The notes under the pieces were generated by a model. It worked only from the letters and a program-made list of their open reading frames with translations. It was not told where the DNA came from and did not search any database. Made by a program: the position numbers and the translations under genes. Positions 1 to 11,184 of a stretch of DNA of 64,000 nt are shown here, one piece after another. The stretch is taken from assembly GCA_963749495.1 (NCBI GenBank), contig CAVVMW010000010.1, forward strand, positions 32,001 through 96,000. The letters run 5' to 3'. This DNA is from an uncultured bacterium (GTDB lineage: Bacteria; Verrucomicrobiota; Verrucomicrobiia; Limisphaerales; UBA8199). Position 1 is the first letter of the stretch. Every line of letters begins with the position of its first letter.

Positions 1-4
1 GCCC

Positions 5-844
5 TCACTTGGGACGCGTGGCCGGCGTCATCCAGCCATTGTGCCAGGTGAGCGTCCAAAGTCGTTCCAGCTTGACCGGCCCGGCATGGCCATCGACAAA
101 GCCAAGGTTAATGCTGCCCGCCAACCGTGTACCCGAGGGGACATTCCTTGGCGCAGCACTGGCCGCTTTGTAGCCATGCCGGGCTATAGTAACGCGGTCT
201 ATGCCGCCTGAAGTGTCCGACCCGCTGTATAAATCTCTGGCGGGTGGGTCAGCCTCCTCAGGGGAGCAGTCCACCCAAATCGAGTCCGAGAAGTAGGGCG
301 TTAGGGAAGGGCTCGTAACATTGGACTCTTTATGATAAACCTGCGGCGCAGGCATTCCGAAGACTTGATCGGCATTCCCGTAGCACCAGGCATTTATGGC
401 ATAGCTGCCGATATACGTCGTTACATTCCCAACCCAACGCCACGGGTAATCGGCTGTGCCAGCCGCACCAGCAAGCGCCGGCGTCTCATCCTGCGGCGCC
501 TTCCATAAGCTCACCGGTGTCGGCGGCGGCGTGGCCGGACAACACCGCACACCTTGCTGCCCGTTGTAATTGGTCTGGAGTCTTGCGATCCACAGGTAAT
601 CACCCGTGTCGTTGTAGCTTATCATCGCGCCGTTCGCATCGTCCACATACATCCTCATGCTCAACAGCATCTGTTTGGAGTTGCTGACGCAGTTGAGGTC
701 TATCGCCTTTCGCTTGGCGCTGGCCAAGGCGGGCAAGAGCATCGCCGCCAGAATGGCGATGATGGCGATGACCACCAGCAGTTCTATCAGAGTAAACCCG
801 GCGTGAACGCCCGGCTCGGAGGATGTCATGGGCTTCGGTTTCAT
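5..844 (-). CDS. Prepilin-type N-terminal cleavage/methylation domain protein with C-terminal H-X9-DG motif
   Basis: [30 protein letters not shown]-terminus; C-terminal [10 protein letters not shown]; start codon uncertain (844 or 829). Confidence 0.9.
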   Translation of the reverse strand: MKPKPMTSSEPGVHAGFTLIELLVVIAIIAILAAMLLPALASAKRKAIDLNCVSNSKQMLLSMRMYVDDANGAMISYNDTGDYLWIARLQTNYNGQQGVRCCPATPPPTPVSLWKAPQDETPALAGAAGTADYPWRWVGNVTTYIGSYAINAWCYGNADQVFGMPAPQVYHKESNVTSPSLTPYFSDSIWVDCSPEEADPPARDLYSGSDTSGGIDRVTIARHGYKAASAAPRNVPSGTRLAGSINLGFVDGHAGPVKLERLWTLTWHNGWMTPATRPK

Positions 845-1140
845 GGTGATCCAGAGCTTCCTGTTGGGGTGCGTTGGTGCCTCGGACTGGGATGATGAAC
901 CTGAAGGAGCCATGCGTGGGATGCCGCCTGATTGTTGGTTGCGCAGACCCGTCCATTTGTTGAACCGCTAAACCACAGGTCTGGGCGAACCACTTCTTTC
1001 CCCGCAAGAAGGGCAAGTTCTTGGCAAAAGTTCCAGAGGCTCATGGGCGCAGCTTAGAGCCTGTCCACGACGCGTCAAGTTGAATATTCCGAGACCTCCG
1101 CCCAAGCCCACCCCTCTCCATGAACCGACCCCAAGCCCGC

Positions 1141-1225
1141 AAGGTTTTGGACTGCGCCAGTCCTCTGGCGCTTTTTAGACTTTGCGGACGCGAAAGCGGC
1201 AGAGGACTGCCGCAGTCCAAAACGC
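1141..1225. repeat. REP-like palindromic intergenic element
   Basis: ttttggactgcgccagtcctctggcgcttt ... aaagcggcagaggactgccgcagtccaaaa inverted repeat. Confidence 0.7.
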
Positions 1226-1329
1226 TTCGCGGCAGTCAACGCCCTTCCGGTTCATGGTCCCCATGCACGATGTCAACCTAGTGGAGGCTCCCCACAATCA
1301 GCTTTCCATGACTACTCGGCGTAGCCTGT

Positions 1330-2874
1330 TCACTCGACACCAGGGGGTGTGATGCCGAGCAGAGTTGGCTTATTGAAAATTACAGGGCCCGGGTCTCCCC
1401 AGTGAACACCGACCCCGACTCGATTGAGGCCCCGGGAGAGCAACTGCAAGGGGAGTATCGGAGGCGTTTGCCGGCCTAATGCTTCGCCCCAGGCCCAGAC
1501 CTCGCCATCGGCTGCCAGAGCCACTCCCAGCCCATGGCGTCCGGTCGCAAAGGCCACGACGTCTTTCTGCAACTCGATTCGGCGCAGCCGCCGCGGTTCA
1601 TAGGTCACGACCCGTAACGACGGCGCGGGGCCGTTACGAAGAACGCTCGGATCGCCATAAAGCGCCCGGATGATGGTCAAGGGCTCCCCGGTCCCGCCAA
1701 GGCTCACGGTCGAGTTTTCCTGAAACGCCAGGGTCCGGGTCGCGGCGCCAAGTTGAAAGGTGATTTGGAGACTCTTCCCGATGCCGAACGCCGGGTCGTC
1801 GCCCAGGTCTGAGCCACCCGCCCTACAGTTCAACTGATTATTCGTGACCCATCCGGCCACCACGGTGGTCACGTCGGCGACACCCCCGCGGCCGGTGACG
1901 CGGGGCTGGTCGGAGCCCTCAAAAACCCAGAGCGAACCATCGCGTTTCAGGAAGGCCGGGTGCTTTTGGCAGAAGGGGGCGGAGGCGCGCCAATCGGTGT
2001 CGGCGCCCACGCGGAGGGGCGAGGAGTTCGCATTGGCGTTGGTGGCGCCGGTGAAGAGGTGGGCCTCGCGGCCCCAGGCCCAGAGCGTGCCGTCGGACTT
2101 GATGGCGAAGACCATCCAGTCGCCCATGCCGACGTCCACCCAGTTGGTGCCAGGCGAAACGCGGGTGGGAACCGGGATGCTGGAACCCCTTTGGGAGCGG
2201 GTGTAGTCCCAGCCCCAAAACCAGAGGCTGCCGTCGGTTTGTTGGCCCACGTTCTCGATCAGATTGGCCCAGATCCGCGTCCAGTTGGTGGAGGAACCGA
2301 CTCGCAGCGGGGACCGGCTTTTGGTGGTGGTGCCATCGCCCAACTGGCCCGCCCAGTTGTTTCCCCAAGACCACAACGTCCCATCCCGTTTCAGAGCCAC
2401 GCTGTGTGGTCCGGCAGTCGCCACCTGTTTCCAGTCATCGCCAGGGACGGACCGAACCGGGCTCGCGCGCTCGCGGACCATGGTGCCGTCGCCCAATTGG
2501 CCGGAGAGGTTTTCGCCCCAAGCCCAGATTGTGCCGTCAGACTTGAGAGCCAGCGTTGTTGAGCCGCCCACGGCGATGTCCACCCAATTGGTTTCCCCAC
2601 CAATGCGCCGCAGGCAAGCTTGGGTCCTGACGTTGCTGCCCAGGCCCAACACCTGCCAACCGTAACCCGTTTCTCCCCATGTCCAAAGACTGCCGTCGGA
2701 AGCCAGGATGACCCCGTGGTTATCGCCGATTGCCACCGCCGGCGTGCCTTTGCCTGTCGGCAACCTCCAACCCGCTTGGCCGCGGTGGTTGGAAAAGCAA
2801 TCTGAGAGGAGGATCAGGATTACAACCAGGATAGGCGCAAGGAACACTACTGCCCGTCTGGAGGGTTTGTTCAT
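1330..2874 (-). CDS. RCC1-repeat (beta-propeller) membrane-anchored/secreted protein
   Basis: Repeated H/T-x-ALKSDGTLWAWGxNxxGQLGDGT motifs; N-terminal hydrophobic segment after MNKPSRR. Confidence 0.85.
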   Translation of the reverse strand: MNKPSRRAVVFLAPILVVILILLSDCFSNHRGQAGWRLPTGKGTPAVAIGDNHGVILASDGSLWTWGETGYGWQVLGLGSNVRTQACLRRIGGETNWVDIAVGGSTTLALKSDGTIWAWGENLSGQLGDGTMVRERASPVRSVPGDDWKQVATAGPHSVALKRDGTLWSWGNNWAGQLGDGTTTKSRSPLRVGSSTNWTRIWANLIENVGQQTDGSLWFWGWDYTRSQRGSSIPVPTRVSPGTNWVDVGMGDWMVFAIKSDGTLWAWGREAHLFTGATNANANSSPLRVGADTDWRASAPFCQKHPAFLKRDGSLWVFEGSDQPRVTGRGGVADVTTVVAGWVTNNQLNCRAGGSDLGDDPAFGIGKSLQITFQLGAATRTLAFQENSTVSLGGTGEPLTIIRALYGDPSVLRNGPAPSLRVVTYEPRRLRRIELQKDVVAFATGRHGLGVALAADGEVWAWGEALGRQTPPILPLQLLSRGLNRVGVGVHWGDPGPVIFNKPTLLGITPPGVE

Positions 2875-3237
2875 CGTTCGTTTGCCTCCCCATTGAACAG
2901 CCGAGAAACAAAAAGTCAAGTTCTGCTGCATCGCTTGGTCAGCACTGCCCGCCAAGCGAAATTCCGCCGCGATGTCCGCCAATCCGATGTTCTTCTCCTG
3001 CGCCACATCGCACCCGGCCTGCTCCAGTTCCTTCATGGTCTCCCAGCGGCCGAAAGCCGGGCAGGCCGTCAACAGCAGAATATCGGCAGTACCGTGGGTT
3101 TGGCTCCGAATGCGGTCAACCGCCAGCGAAAGATACTCACATTTGAAGAGCCCGCGGCCGAAGCATTGATCACCAGAGCCATGACAATGATGTGCTCTGT
3201 GGTGCGAATTGTGGAACCTGTGCGGGCGAGGAGGACG

Positions 3238-4567
3238 TTACTTATCTCCAATCTCATGCTTTATTACCTCGCCCCCCTTCATCACGAACACGACCCGCTC
3301 CAGGCAGGAGATGTCGGTCAGCGGGTCGCCTTTCACCGCCACAATGTCCGCCAGTTTTCCAGCTTCCAGCACACCGATATCAGCAGACCTGCCAAGCAGT
3401 TCGGCCGCATTGATGGTGGCAGCCTGGATAGCGGACAGGGGCGTCATGCCGCCACGGACCAGAGCACCGAACTCCTTCGAGACGAACTCCGGATCCTCAT
3501 CCACCCCATAGGCAATCTTGAGGTGGTGCTTGAGTGCGAGCGCAAAGGCCGGCTGCTGCAACTTGAGGATGGCTTTGCCCTTTTCCACGCTGACAGGATC
3601 GGCCCCCAACGAGCCGCCAACCTCCACGCCATGCTGAAACGTGAACAGGGTTGGGACCAGCCAGGTTCCCCGTGCTTTCATCAACTCGGCACCCTCCTCG
3701 TCCAGAACCGTGCCGTGCTCGAACTGAGTCCACACCTGCGCGGACCGCCGCTTTGATGCCGGCGGTGCCTTCAGCGTGGGCCATCACGCGCTTGCCGGCC
3801 CGATGAGCCACCTCGACGGCTCGAGCCATTTGTTCCTCGCTAAGCTCCTGCACCCGGTAATCGCTCAGCGGATCCATTACCCCACCTGTGGCCATCAATT
3901 TCACCCAGTCCACGCCATATTTCAGATCGTGCCGCACAGCCATGCTCACCTCGTCCACTGTATCCGCGATGTTCGGACGACGGGGCAAGGCCTGGTCCGG
4001 AGCGAGCACATCCGCGTCTCCGTGACCACCGGTGACGGTAATCAAATTGCCCGCGGACATAATGCGTGGGCCTCGAATGAGCCCTTTGTTGACACTGTCG
4101 CGCAAAGCCAATTGGCCGTAGGCCAGGTCGGCTTCCCCGGCCTCCCGCAACGCGGTAAAGCCGTGGTCCAGCCACGTGAGCAGGTTGTGCGCGCCCCAAA
4201 GTGCGGCTTGCGGAGAGGACATGCGCAGGCCTCCAGTGGGTGATTGATCCTTCCAGTTGCCAAGAATGTGCGCGTGGCAGTCCACCAGGCCCGGCAGCAC
4301 CGTCTCCCCGGAAAGGTCAATAACTGTAACGCCGGAAGGAGCAGCAGGGCAAATGCTGGCGATGCGTTCTCCTTCAATGAGTATGATGCTGTTGCTGGTT
4401 ACTGCACCGGTTCGGACATCGAGCATCCGTCCGGCTCTCAGAGCAACACGGTTCGGGCCAGGCCTGGCAAGGGCACTTCCGATTGTTTCTGAAGCGCGAC
4501 CTCCCACCGCCATGTCAAGCGAGGTAACAAGTGTAAACAGTACAAAATGCCTCAGCAGTGCGTTCAT
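3238..4567 (-). pseudogene. Amidohydrolase family (Xaa-Pro dipeptidase-like) protein, +1 frameshift near 3723
   Basis: PGLVDCHAH, KLMATGG and MAHAEG are in one frame; EHG...GKLADIVAVKGDPL is in the next; the canonical AGVDSIEHG is broken by one extra base. Confidence 0.85.
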
Positions 4568-5162
4568 ATGGAACTCCCTGGAGCCTAACATCAAGCACGG
4601 GCTTGCGCAACCGACAATAGGGAAAATGTCGCTGGCGGCAAAGGAGCGGCGCCATGCCCCTTCAGAGGTGCCCTGGTACCCCTTGCGTCAAGGATCCTAT
4701 AGAGGATCACCTGGCCTCGCTTTGGCTGGATGGCTGAGACAATGAGTGATTTCACGGCAGAATCGATCGGTGAATAACATGCAAATAAGAGTTAATAAGT
4801 TATCCTCGCATCTTGAGCCTCGATGGCCTAAAGGGATGGCGTGGACGATGTGGTTGCCCAGCCGAGCTGGGCCAGAATGTAACCAACGCCCAAGTCGCTG
4901 AGTCGGCCCGCACGTAAGTGCCTCATTGTCAGCGACCTACGCTGGATGCCAGATGGCGAAATGATGAAGATCTCAGGTTCTTGCAGGGGCTTTGGGGTCT
5001 GGGCCTTGGCCGAGTGCGCAAAATGAGACCATCGGCGGCAGAATGGTCTTGGTTAATGCTTGGGTGAATCAAATGCCCGGAAACGGGCCATTTCCTGAAA
5101 CGAACGTGCAAGCGTACGCAGAAAAAACTTGGGGTGCAGCGCAGCAGCGGCGTCTGCGTTCA

Positions 5163-5516
5163 ATGCTCAGCCTGGACATCCTCCTGGTGGAAGATCAGAT
5201 CGAGGTGCGCCAGCCCCTCAGGTTGCTCCTTGGGCTGGAGGAGCATAGCGTGACCGAGGCCTGTACCGGCCGCGAGGCACTCGAACTCTATGGCCAGGCC
5301 CCTTACGACCTGATCATTACCGATTACTCCATGCCGGAAATGAATGGCGACGAATTGGCAAGGCGGATCAAACAGGTTTCCCCCACGCAACCGATTCTCA
5401 TGATCACCGCCCATGTTGAGAACCTCGATGTGCCTGGCAACCCGGTCGACGCCATTCTCAAGAAGCCTTTCACTTTTCAGGAACTTCGCGCGGCCATTGC
5501 CCAGTTGATCGGCTAA
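5163..5516 (+). CDS. Single-domain response regulator (CheY-like receiver)
   Basis: ILLVED, DLIITDYSMPEMNG, ILMITA and KKPF receiver motifs. Confidence 0.9.
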   Translation: MLSLDILLVEDQIEVRQPLRLLLGLEEHSVTEACTGREALELYGQAPYDLIITDYSMPEMNGDELARRIKQVSPTQPILMITAHVENLDVPGNPVDAILKKPFTFQELRAAIAQLIG

Positions 5517-5640
5517 GACTCATGGGCCAGGCAATGAGAGTAAGAATTGATCTCCGAGTCCCTCAACTTGCCCCTTGATTTCCTTCACCAACTCTCAATA
5601 GGCCACTGTGCAAGTCATTGATTATAAGCCAATTATAGAA

Positions 5641-5737
5641 TGGCGGAGGCGGATGGGAATCGAACCCACCTGGGACTTTGTTGAGCCCCACGCTGGTTTT
5701 GAAGACCAGGAGCGTCACCAGAACGCCTTACGCCTCC
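5641..5737 (-). tRNA. selC: tRNA-Sec (anticodon UCA)
   Basis: Minus strand GGAGGCGT...CTGGTCTTCAAAACCAG (UCA anticodon loop), long variable arm, GGTTCGATTCC T-arm, ends GCCA; 97 nt. Confidence 0.93.
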
Positions 5738-5844
5738 GCGACAAGCTTTTCTGCCTGGGCGGATGGTATTACGGGCGGGCGCGCGTTGACAAGAAAACAT
5801 TCCGGGAGTCGCTGCGCACGGGCGTTTCCCGACACTCTGCCCCC

Positions 5845-5954
5845 GGAGTGCGCCCGTCCGCGGGCGCAGCAGCAACGGAGCGGGCAGGCGCGCCCGAGTA
5901 CGTGACCGCTGCCCTGGTTGCGGATGTCGTTGCGCTCGAGGACGGGCGCACCCC
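5845..5954. repeat. Palindromic intergenic repeat
   Basis: gtgcgcccgtccgcgggcgca ... tgcgctcgaggacgggcgcac inverted pair. Confidence 0.6.
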
Positions 5955-6089
5955 GGGGGCAGTGTCAGGATGCGCCCATGTCCACATAAGCGCCCCTCGC
6001 GTTGGAGCCAGCCAAGCGCCGTGGAACCCAATTGGGAAATCCTCCATACCAGAACGCCATCGCCAAGCCCGTTGACGCCCGCCAGAAAA

Positions 6090-6245
6090 TCAACGCCGAC
6101 CGCTCAGGACTGCGCTTCCGCTTTCCCACGCCGCAACCGAGCCCCTTCGCGGAGAACAACATCGTTCATGGCCGACTCTACCGCCGCGCGGATCGCTGGC
6201 AGAAACGACCGGTGATCGTTCTACTGCATGGTGCTGGTGGCCTCG
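6090..6245 (+). pseudogene. Alpha/beta-hydrolase-like gene fragment
   Basis: LRFRFPTPQPSPFAENNIVHGRLYR...PVIVLLHG; no start codon and no downstream continuation. Confidence 0.45.
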
Positions 6246-6247
6246 AA

Positions 6248-6463
6248 TCATGGATCGGCTTCTGTCGCCCCCCGCAACCGCGCCAGGAACTCCGGCAACG
6301 TGCCCGGCGAAACCAGCAGGGCGCGCGGGCCGTCCGCGGGCTTGAGGTAGGCAGTCTGCTCGTAGTCATTGGTCCCCGCGATCAACGGGCGCAGGCTCAC
6401 CGGCGTATGCGCCACGAGCATGAGGCGCCTGGTTTCCAGCGGAGGCTCTGTTGTTGGCTGCAT
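6248..6463 (-). pseudogene. GNAT (RimJ/RimL-like) N-terminal fragment
   Basis: PLETRRLMLVAH...PEFLARLRGATEADP followed by a stop. Confidence 0.4.
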
Positions 6464-6580
6464 GGGCCAAGCTGACATCGAACCGGACGTCATCAAACCC
6501 CCGACCAGGCCGATTTCGCCGGCGCAAGGTTCCAAAGAATTTGTTGGCACTTTTTTGTGCCGGCGGACATTTATTGGTAG

Positions 6581-8008
6581 ATGCAAGAAGCGGCTGACAT
6601 GGACCTGCTGCGGGAATATGTCCGGCAGAAGTCCGAAGAGGCGTTTGCGGCGCTGGTGGCCCGGCACGTGAACATGGTCTATTCCGCCGCGCTGCGGAAA
6701 ACCGGCAATCCTCATGCCGCCGAGGAAATCACCCAGGTGGTTTTCATTCTCCTGGCCAAGAAGGCAGCGGGGCTGCAAAAGGGGACGATCCTTTCCGGAT
6801 GGCTGTATCAGGCCGCTCGGCTGACCTCGGCGAGCTTCCTGCGAACGGAATGCCGCCGAGTCCGCCGCGAACAGGAGGCCTGCATGGAGTCTTTCACCCA
6901 TGGAACGGAGTCGGAGGTCTGGCCCGACATTGCGCCGATGCTGGAAGACGCCATGGGCAAACTCAACGAAAAGGAACGTAGCGCCATCGCGCTTCGATTT
7001 TTCGAGGGCAGGAGCTTTCACGAAATCGGAACTGGAGTTGGCGCGAGCGAGAACGCGGCCAAGAAACGGGTCAGTCATGGGTTGGAAAGACTGCGGGCCT
7101 ATTTTTTCAGGCGCGGCGTGACTTCCACAACGGCGATCATCGCCGGAGCGATCTCCACGCACTCGATCCGCCCCGCGCCCGCGGCGCTGGCGGGGACCGT
7201 AACTGCTGTCGCCATCGAGAAAGGGGTAGCGGCCGGCATTTCAACGTTAACCCTGCTTCACGGAGCATCGAAATTCATGGCATGGACAAATGCGAAAATG
7301 GCAATCGCTGCCGGGGCCGCAGTCCTTCTGGCCGCCGGCACGGGCACCATTGCAACCAAGGCGGTTCACGGCGCGCGCGCAGCTCATGACGCGGCTGTGC
7401 AAAGCAGGGTCCAAACCCTCCAGCAAGAGAACGCGCTCTTGAACCAGCAGGTCGGGCGCTTGCAGAGCGAACGCGATGTGGCCACGAATCGTTTGGCAGT
7501 CGCGAACGAGGAAAACTTGCGATTGAAGTCCAGCCCAGCGCAAGCCGAGGTTCTCAAATTGCGGGGCCGGGTTGGGGTGCTCCGGAGCCAGTTGGCCGCC
7601 AGCGGGGCCAAGACGTGGAATCCGTCCGCCCTCTCGAATGAACTGCACAACGCCAGGCTGAAGCTCGGCCAGTTGCGCGACAGCCAGGACGACCAGAATC
7701 CAGCGGTGCAGGAACAGCTTGCAGCCCTCGCGAGCCTGGAGCGTAGTGCAACCACGGCTGGGGAGACGCTCGAGTTGGCAAAAGCCAGAGCGGAGCTTCC
7801 ACGGCTGCGAGTAAGTCACGGCGATGGGCACCCCGAAGTGCAAGGGCAACTCCGTGTCGTGGCGAGCTTGGAACAAAGCGCGGCGGCGGACGAGCCGCCG
7901 GAGTTGGCGGAGGCGAAGGCGGAGTTGGCGCGGCTGCGTGTCCATTATGGCGATGCTCACTCCGCCGTCCAGTCGCAGCTCCAGAAGGTTGCTGGGTTGC
8001 AGCGATGA
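6581..8008 (+). CDS. ECF sigma-70 factor with TM helix and coiled-coil C-terminal extension (copy 1)
   Basis: DLLREY..SEEAFAALVARH..VYSAA (sigma2); ERSAIALRFFE..AAKKRVSHGLERLR (sigma4); hydrophobic segment; three xYGDxHPxVQ-like repeats. Confidence 0.92.
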   Translation: MQEAADMDLLREYVRQKSEEAFAALVARHVNMVYSAALRKTGNPHAAEEITQVVFILLAKKAAGLQKGTILSGWLYQAARLTSASFLRTECRRVRREQEACMESFTHGTESEVWPDIAPMLEDAMGKLNEKERSAIALRFFEGRSFHEIGTGVGASENAAKKRVSHGLERLRAYFFRRGVTSTTAIIAGAISTHSIRPAPAALAGTVTAVAIEKGVAAGISTLTLLHGASKFMAWTNAKMAIAAGAAVLLAAGTGTIATKAVHGARAAHDAAVQSRVQTLQQENALLNQQVGRLQSERDVATNRLAVANEENLRLKSSPAQAEVLKLRGRVGVLRSQLAASGAKTWNPSALSNELHNARLKLGQLRDSQDDQNPAVQEQLAALASLERSATTAGETLELAKARAELPRLRVSHGDGHPEVQGQLRVVASLEQSAAADEPPELAEAKAELARLRVHYGDAHSAVQSQLQKVAGLQR

Positions 8009-8352
8009 AGAAGAGAAACCCGCGGTTGCGAAGATCCTGGTTCAGAGTGGGAAGGTGCTCGCGATGCGCACGCGGCGCGCCTCACCTCCCGCGGGCGTTG
8101 GTCGCCTGGATCTGGAGGAGCCTGGCCAGCGCGGCTTGCTGGGCCGGGCTGGTCGCCTAGCCCGCATATTTCATAGCCCACCCGGCTTTTCGCGTTTCGG
8201 AGGATTTTTTGGAGACAAATCGGGCTGGGCGGCGCAGTTTTTTCCGTCTGGGCACTGATCAGGGCGCAACGGAGTCTTTAGTCAAACAAAAAGGCTGCCG
8301 CTGAAAACACCCCTCCCGTGACTCTTGAAACATCGACCCCATTTTTCTGCAC

Positions 8353-9801
8353 TTAGCCCGGGGCCGGCGCCAACGCCATCAGCCGCCGGTGGCACCGCCG
8401 AAACAGCGCTTGCAAGGGATAGGCGCTGCACATCTGCACATAGACCCGGCGCACGCTCACGCGCACCTGGGCCGCGATTTTCAGCAGCTTCACACGCAGG
8501 CTCCCAGCCGTCGCCCGCTCCAACTCCGTTCCCGCCAAGCCCTGCGTGCGCAAGCGCTCCATCAACAGGTAAGCAAACATGGCCTCCCACAATCGAAACT
8601 GATTGCTGGCCATATAATGCGTGCTCATCCGGTCGGCGTGTAAATCCAGCACTTGCTGCTTGAGCAGGTTTTCCATATCGCCCCGGGCGCAGTACAGTTC
8701 CTCATAAAGCCGGGCCGGACTGAAGCGGCTCTGTTGCTCATCCTCATCCTCATCGTTCTTGAAGCCTTCGGCAGGCAGATTGGTCACCACAAACCGTGGG
8801 TTTTCCCCTGCGTTCATCACTTCGGCTTTGCCGATCACCCGGCGCTCCCGACTCCAACTGTCGAGCGTCCGGTATTGAAACTCAGCGAACTGGCGCACGC
8901 TGGCCGCACCGGTCAGACAGTGACGGGCCCGGGCTTGAGCCAGGGCCGGCCCCAGCTTCTCAATTAACACCGAGTTCTTGGCCAAGCCCAGGCAATAGTA
9001 AATCCCCCGCTGGCTCTCGCACCAAGCCATAATCTCCTGCCGGCCAAAACCGCTGTCCCCGCGCACAATAATCCGCGCCTTGGGGCAACGCTTGCGAATC
9101 GCGGCCACTATCTTCTCCAGCGCGGGCACCGCTCCGTGGGCTGCCTCGTGCTCGGCGGTGCGCAGTTGCGCCCATAGCGGGAAGTCCCCGACAAAGGCAT
9201 AGAGCGGCAGATAACAATAGTCGTCATAGTAGGCGTTGAAGTGCCGCCCCTCCTGAAATCCGTGCAACCGATGGCCCATTGCGTCCAAATCCACCACGAT
9301 CTCCTTGGCGCGTTTGGGCAGACAGCGCACCCCCATTTTCAGCAGGCAGGCTTCCACCTTGGCTGGGGCGTGCGGCAGTTTGTGGCAGCGCGTGTCTTTG
9401 TTATTGGATAATTCCAGCCGGTTGAGTGTGGAGGGCGCCGCCAGCGCGATGCCCCGGTGCTGCGGCAGCACCCTGTCTTGTCCCAGCGGATCGGTCTTGC
9501 CGCAGGCGGCAGCCAGCAGCGGGTCCAAGCGCAGGCGCTGGTGATCCTCAATGTCTTCGTAGCCCAGGGCCGTTCCGAAGATGCGCTGGCGCAGGAGTTC
9601 CTGCACCGAATGGTTTACCCAGTCGGGGTCACGCAGGTCGTAAAAACATTGCGCCAGTTCCGCCGTCACCCCGAGGTTAGTGTCGACCTGGCGCAGCAGC
9701 AGCGCGCCGGCATCACTGGAGAGGGCGCCGCCGGAGAAATCGGCTTGCACACGGCGAGGACCCAAGTCATCAAAGAGAATTGCTTGATTGGCAACGCACA
9801 T
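8353..9801 (-). CDS. IS1380-family DDE transposase
   Basis: FSGGALSSDAG, IVVDLDA, IIVRGDSGF and YCARGDMENLLK motifs. Confidence 0.93.
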   Translation of the reverse strand: MCVANQAILFDDLGPRRVQADFSGGALSSDAGALLLRQVDTNLGVTAELAQCFYDLRDPDWVNHSVQELLRQRIFGTALGYEDIEDHQRLRLDPLLAAACGKTDPLGQDRVLPQHRGIALAAPSTLNRLELSNNKDTRCHKLPHAPAKVEACLLKMGVRCLPKRAKEIVVDLDAMGHRLHGFQEGRHFNAYYDDYCYLPLYAFVGDFPLWAQLRTAEHEAAHGAVPALEKIVAAIRKRCPKARIIVRGDSGFGRQEIMAWCESQRGIYYCLGLAKNSVLIEKLGPALAQARARHCLTGAASVRQFAEFQYRTLDSWSRERRVIGKAEVMNAGENPRFVVTNLPAEGFKNDEDEDEQQSRFSPARLYEELYCARGDMENLLKQQVLDLHADRMSTHYMASNQFRLWEAMFAYLLMERLRTQGLAGTELERATAGSLRVKLLKIAAQVRVSVRRVYVQMCSAYPLQALFRRCHRRLMALAPAPG

Positions 9802-9823
9802 GTAGTTAGTCTATAGGCTAGAT

Positions 9824-10045
9824 ATGAAAAAGCAAGTAAAATATTCACTCAAAGTGCAGGCAATCCGTTCCAAGGGGCAGACCCCCAAGCTCTATGTGTA
9901 TTTTCCGATCCCCCTGGCCGCCGCCATTGGGCTGGAGCCGGGAGAGCAGGTCGAGTGGGAGCTTTTGAACCGAAGCGAACTATATTTGGTGCGCCCGCAC
10001 GCCCCGCCGCCGCGCGCTCGTCCCCGCGCTTTGGCAGTCGGCTGA
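9824..10045 (+). CDS. Small AbrB/MazE-like protein inside the IS1380
   Basis: YVYFPIPLAAAIGLEPGEQVEWEL resembles the AbrB swapped-hairpin motif; divergent from the transposase. Confidence 0.65.
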   Translation: MKKQVKYSLKVQAIRSKGQTPKLYVYFPIPLAAAIGLEPGEQVEWELLNRSELYLVRPHAPPPRARPRALAVG

Positions 10046-10163
10046 GCGTTCGACACCCTGTCGGTAACCCACCCGCCATCCTGCCAGTGGTCCAGGCCCG
10101 GTAAATCCGGCCCACCATGGCGATTTCATGCCAAATTTCGCGATCAACTATGAAATATGCGGG

Positions 10164-11184
10164 CTAGGGCTGCAGTTGGGAAGGATGGGAGGGCTCCTTG
10201 CCGCCGTGCTCGGCCGAATACTCCTTCACCATGGGGCCGGCGCTGTCTTTGAGAGTCTGAAGCTCCGCCTCGGCCGCCGATGGCTGGTAGTGGTACGGGC
10301 CAACGCCGCCGCTGCCTGGGCCGTCGATGGTCCAGCGGTGATCGTATTCCTCGTCCACGGGCGCCTTCTCGGTCAGCACCCAATCCCCGGCGAACTCCTG
10401 GTTGGGGAGGGCGCTCTTCGAGACGATTTGCCAACGTTGCAGGATGGCCTCATCCGCAGGAGGGTCGAAGAAGGGCTTGAGTTGCGAGAGATCGGGGGGC
10501 CATTGTCCAGTGTTGGCCGCCATGTATTTGCCCAGGGCGGACTGGAATTTCTTGGTAAAATAGCCTTCGGCGCGTTTCCGGACTTCTCCCAGGGCCTTGC
10601 GGTAATCGGCGTCGGTGTCGAGTTTGAAATTGTGGGCCAGTTCGACCCAGTCGAACGCGTCAAGGAGCTGGAGTTCCGGAATCTTCGCCTGGGGTGTCTC
10701 TTCCAGGCGCTGTTTGAGTTGGCTGACCCGTTTGAGCCAGGATTGCGCCGCGAGGTCCATGGGGGCAGCCGAGCCGCCGGTCTTCAACCGCGCCAGTTCG
10801 AGGGAGTCCTGGCGCAACCGCGCTATCTCGCCTCGCAACTTGAGCAACTCGGCGCTGGTGCCATCCGGTCGCCCGCTCGCATCGCGCAGCGCCGCCAATT
10901 GACCGGCCGCTTCGTCGCCCTCGCGGCTCAGTTGCAGGAGCCGCTCGGCGTCAGCGGCTTGTTGTTGCTGTAACCCGCGGACTCGGCCGCCCAAGCGGAA
11001 AGCCTGGCGGGTCTCATAGACTCCAGTCCCGAGCACCGCGACAAAGGCGGCGGTAATGAGGAGCTTGTGCATCGAGGTATTAGCGATAGAAATCAACGCA
11101 CCGGCGCACCAGTTCGGCGAAGGCCGCCTCGGAGCGGCGCTCGGCGTAATCCCGCAACAACTGTTGGTCCGTCAGACGGTTCAC
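10164..11184 (-). pseudogene. ECF sigma gene with internal deletion of the sigma domain, interrupted by IS1380 (3' tail at 8082-8160)
   Basis: GTG-NRLTDQQLLRDYAERRSEAAFAELVRR is joined out of frame to the TM + extension (MHKLLITAAFVAVLGTGVYETRQA...). Confidence 0.75.

Larger units (their letters stand above)
8161..10163 (-). mobile_element. IS1380-family insertion sequence, 2003 bp
   Basis: Perfect 16-bp IRs cccgcatatttcatag (8161-8176) and ctatgaaatatgcggg (10148-10163); CTAG duplicated at 8157-8160 and 10164-10167. Confidence 0.93.

Noticed and set aside
2900..3180. Extension of the RCC1 ORF to 3072
   Set aside because: The upstream part looks like an unrelated gene remnant; the signal/TM segment begins at ATG 2874
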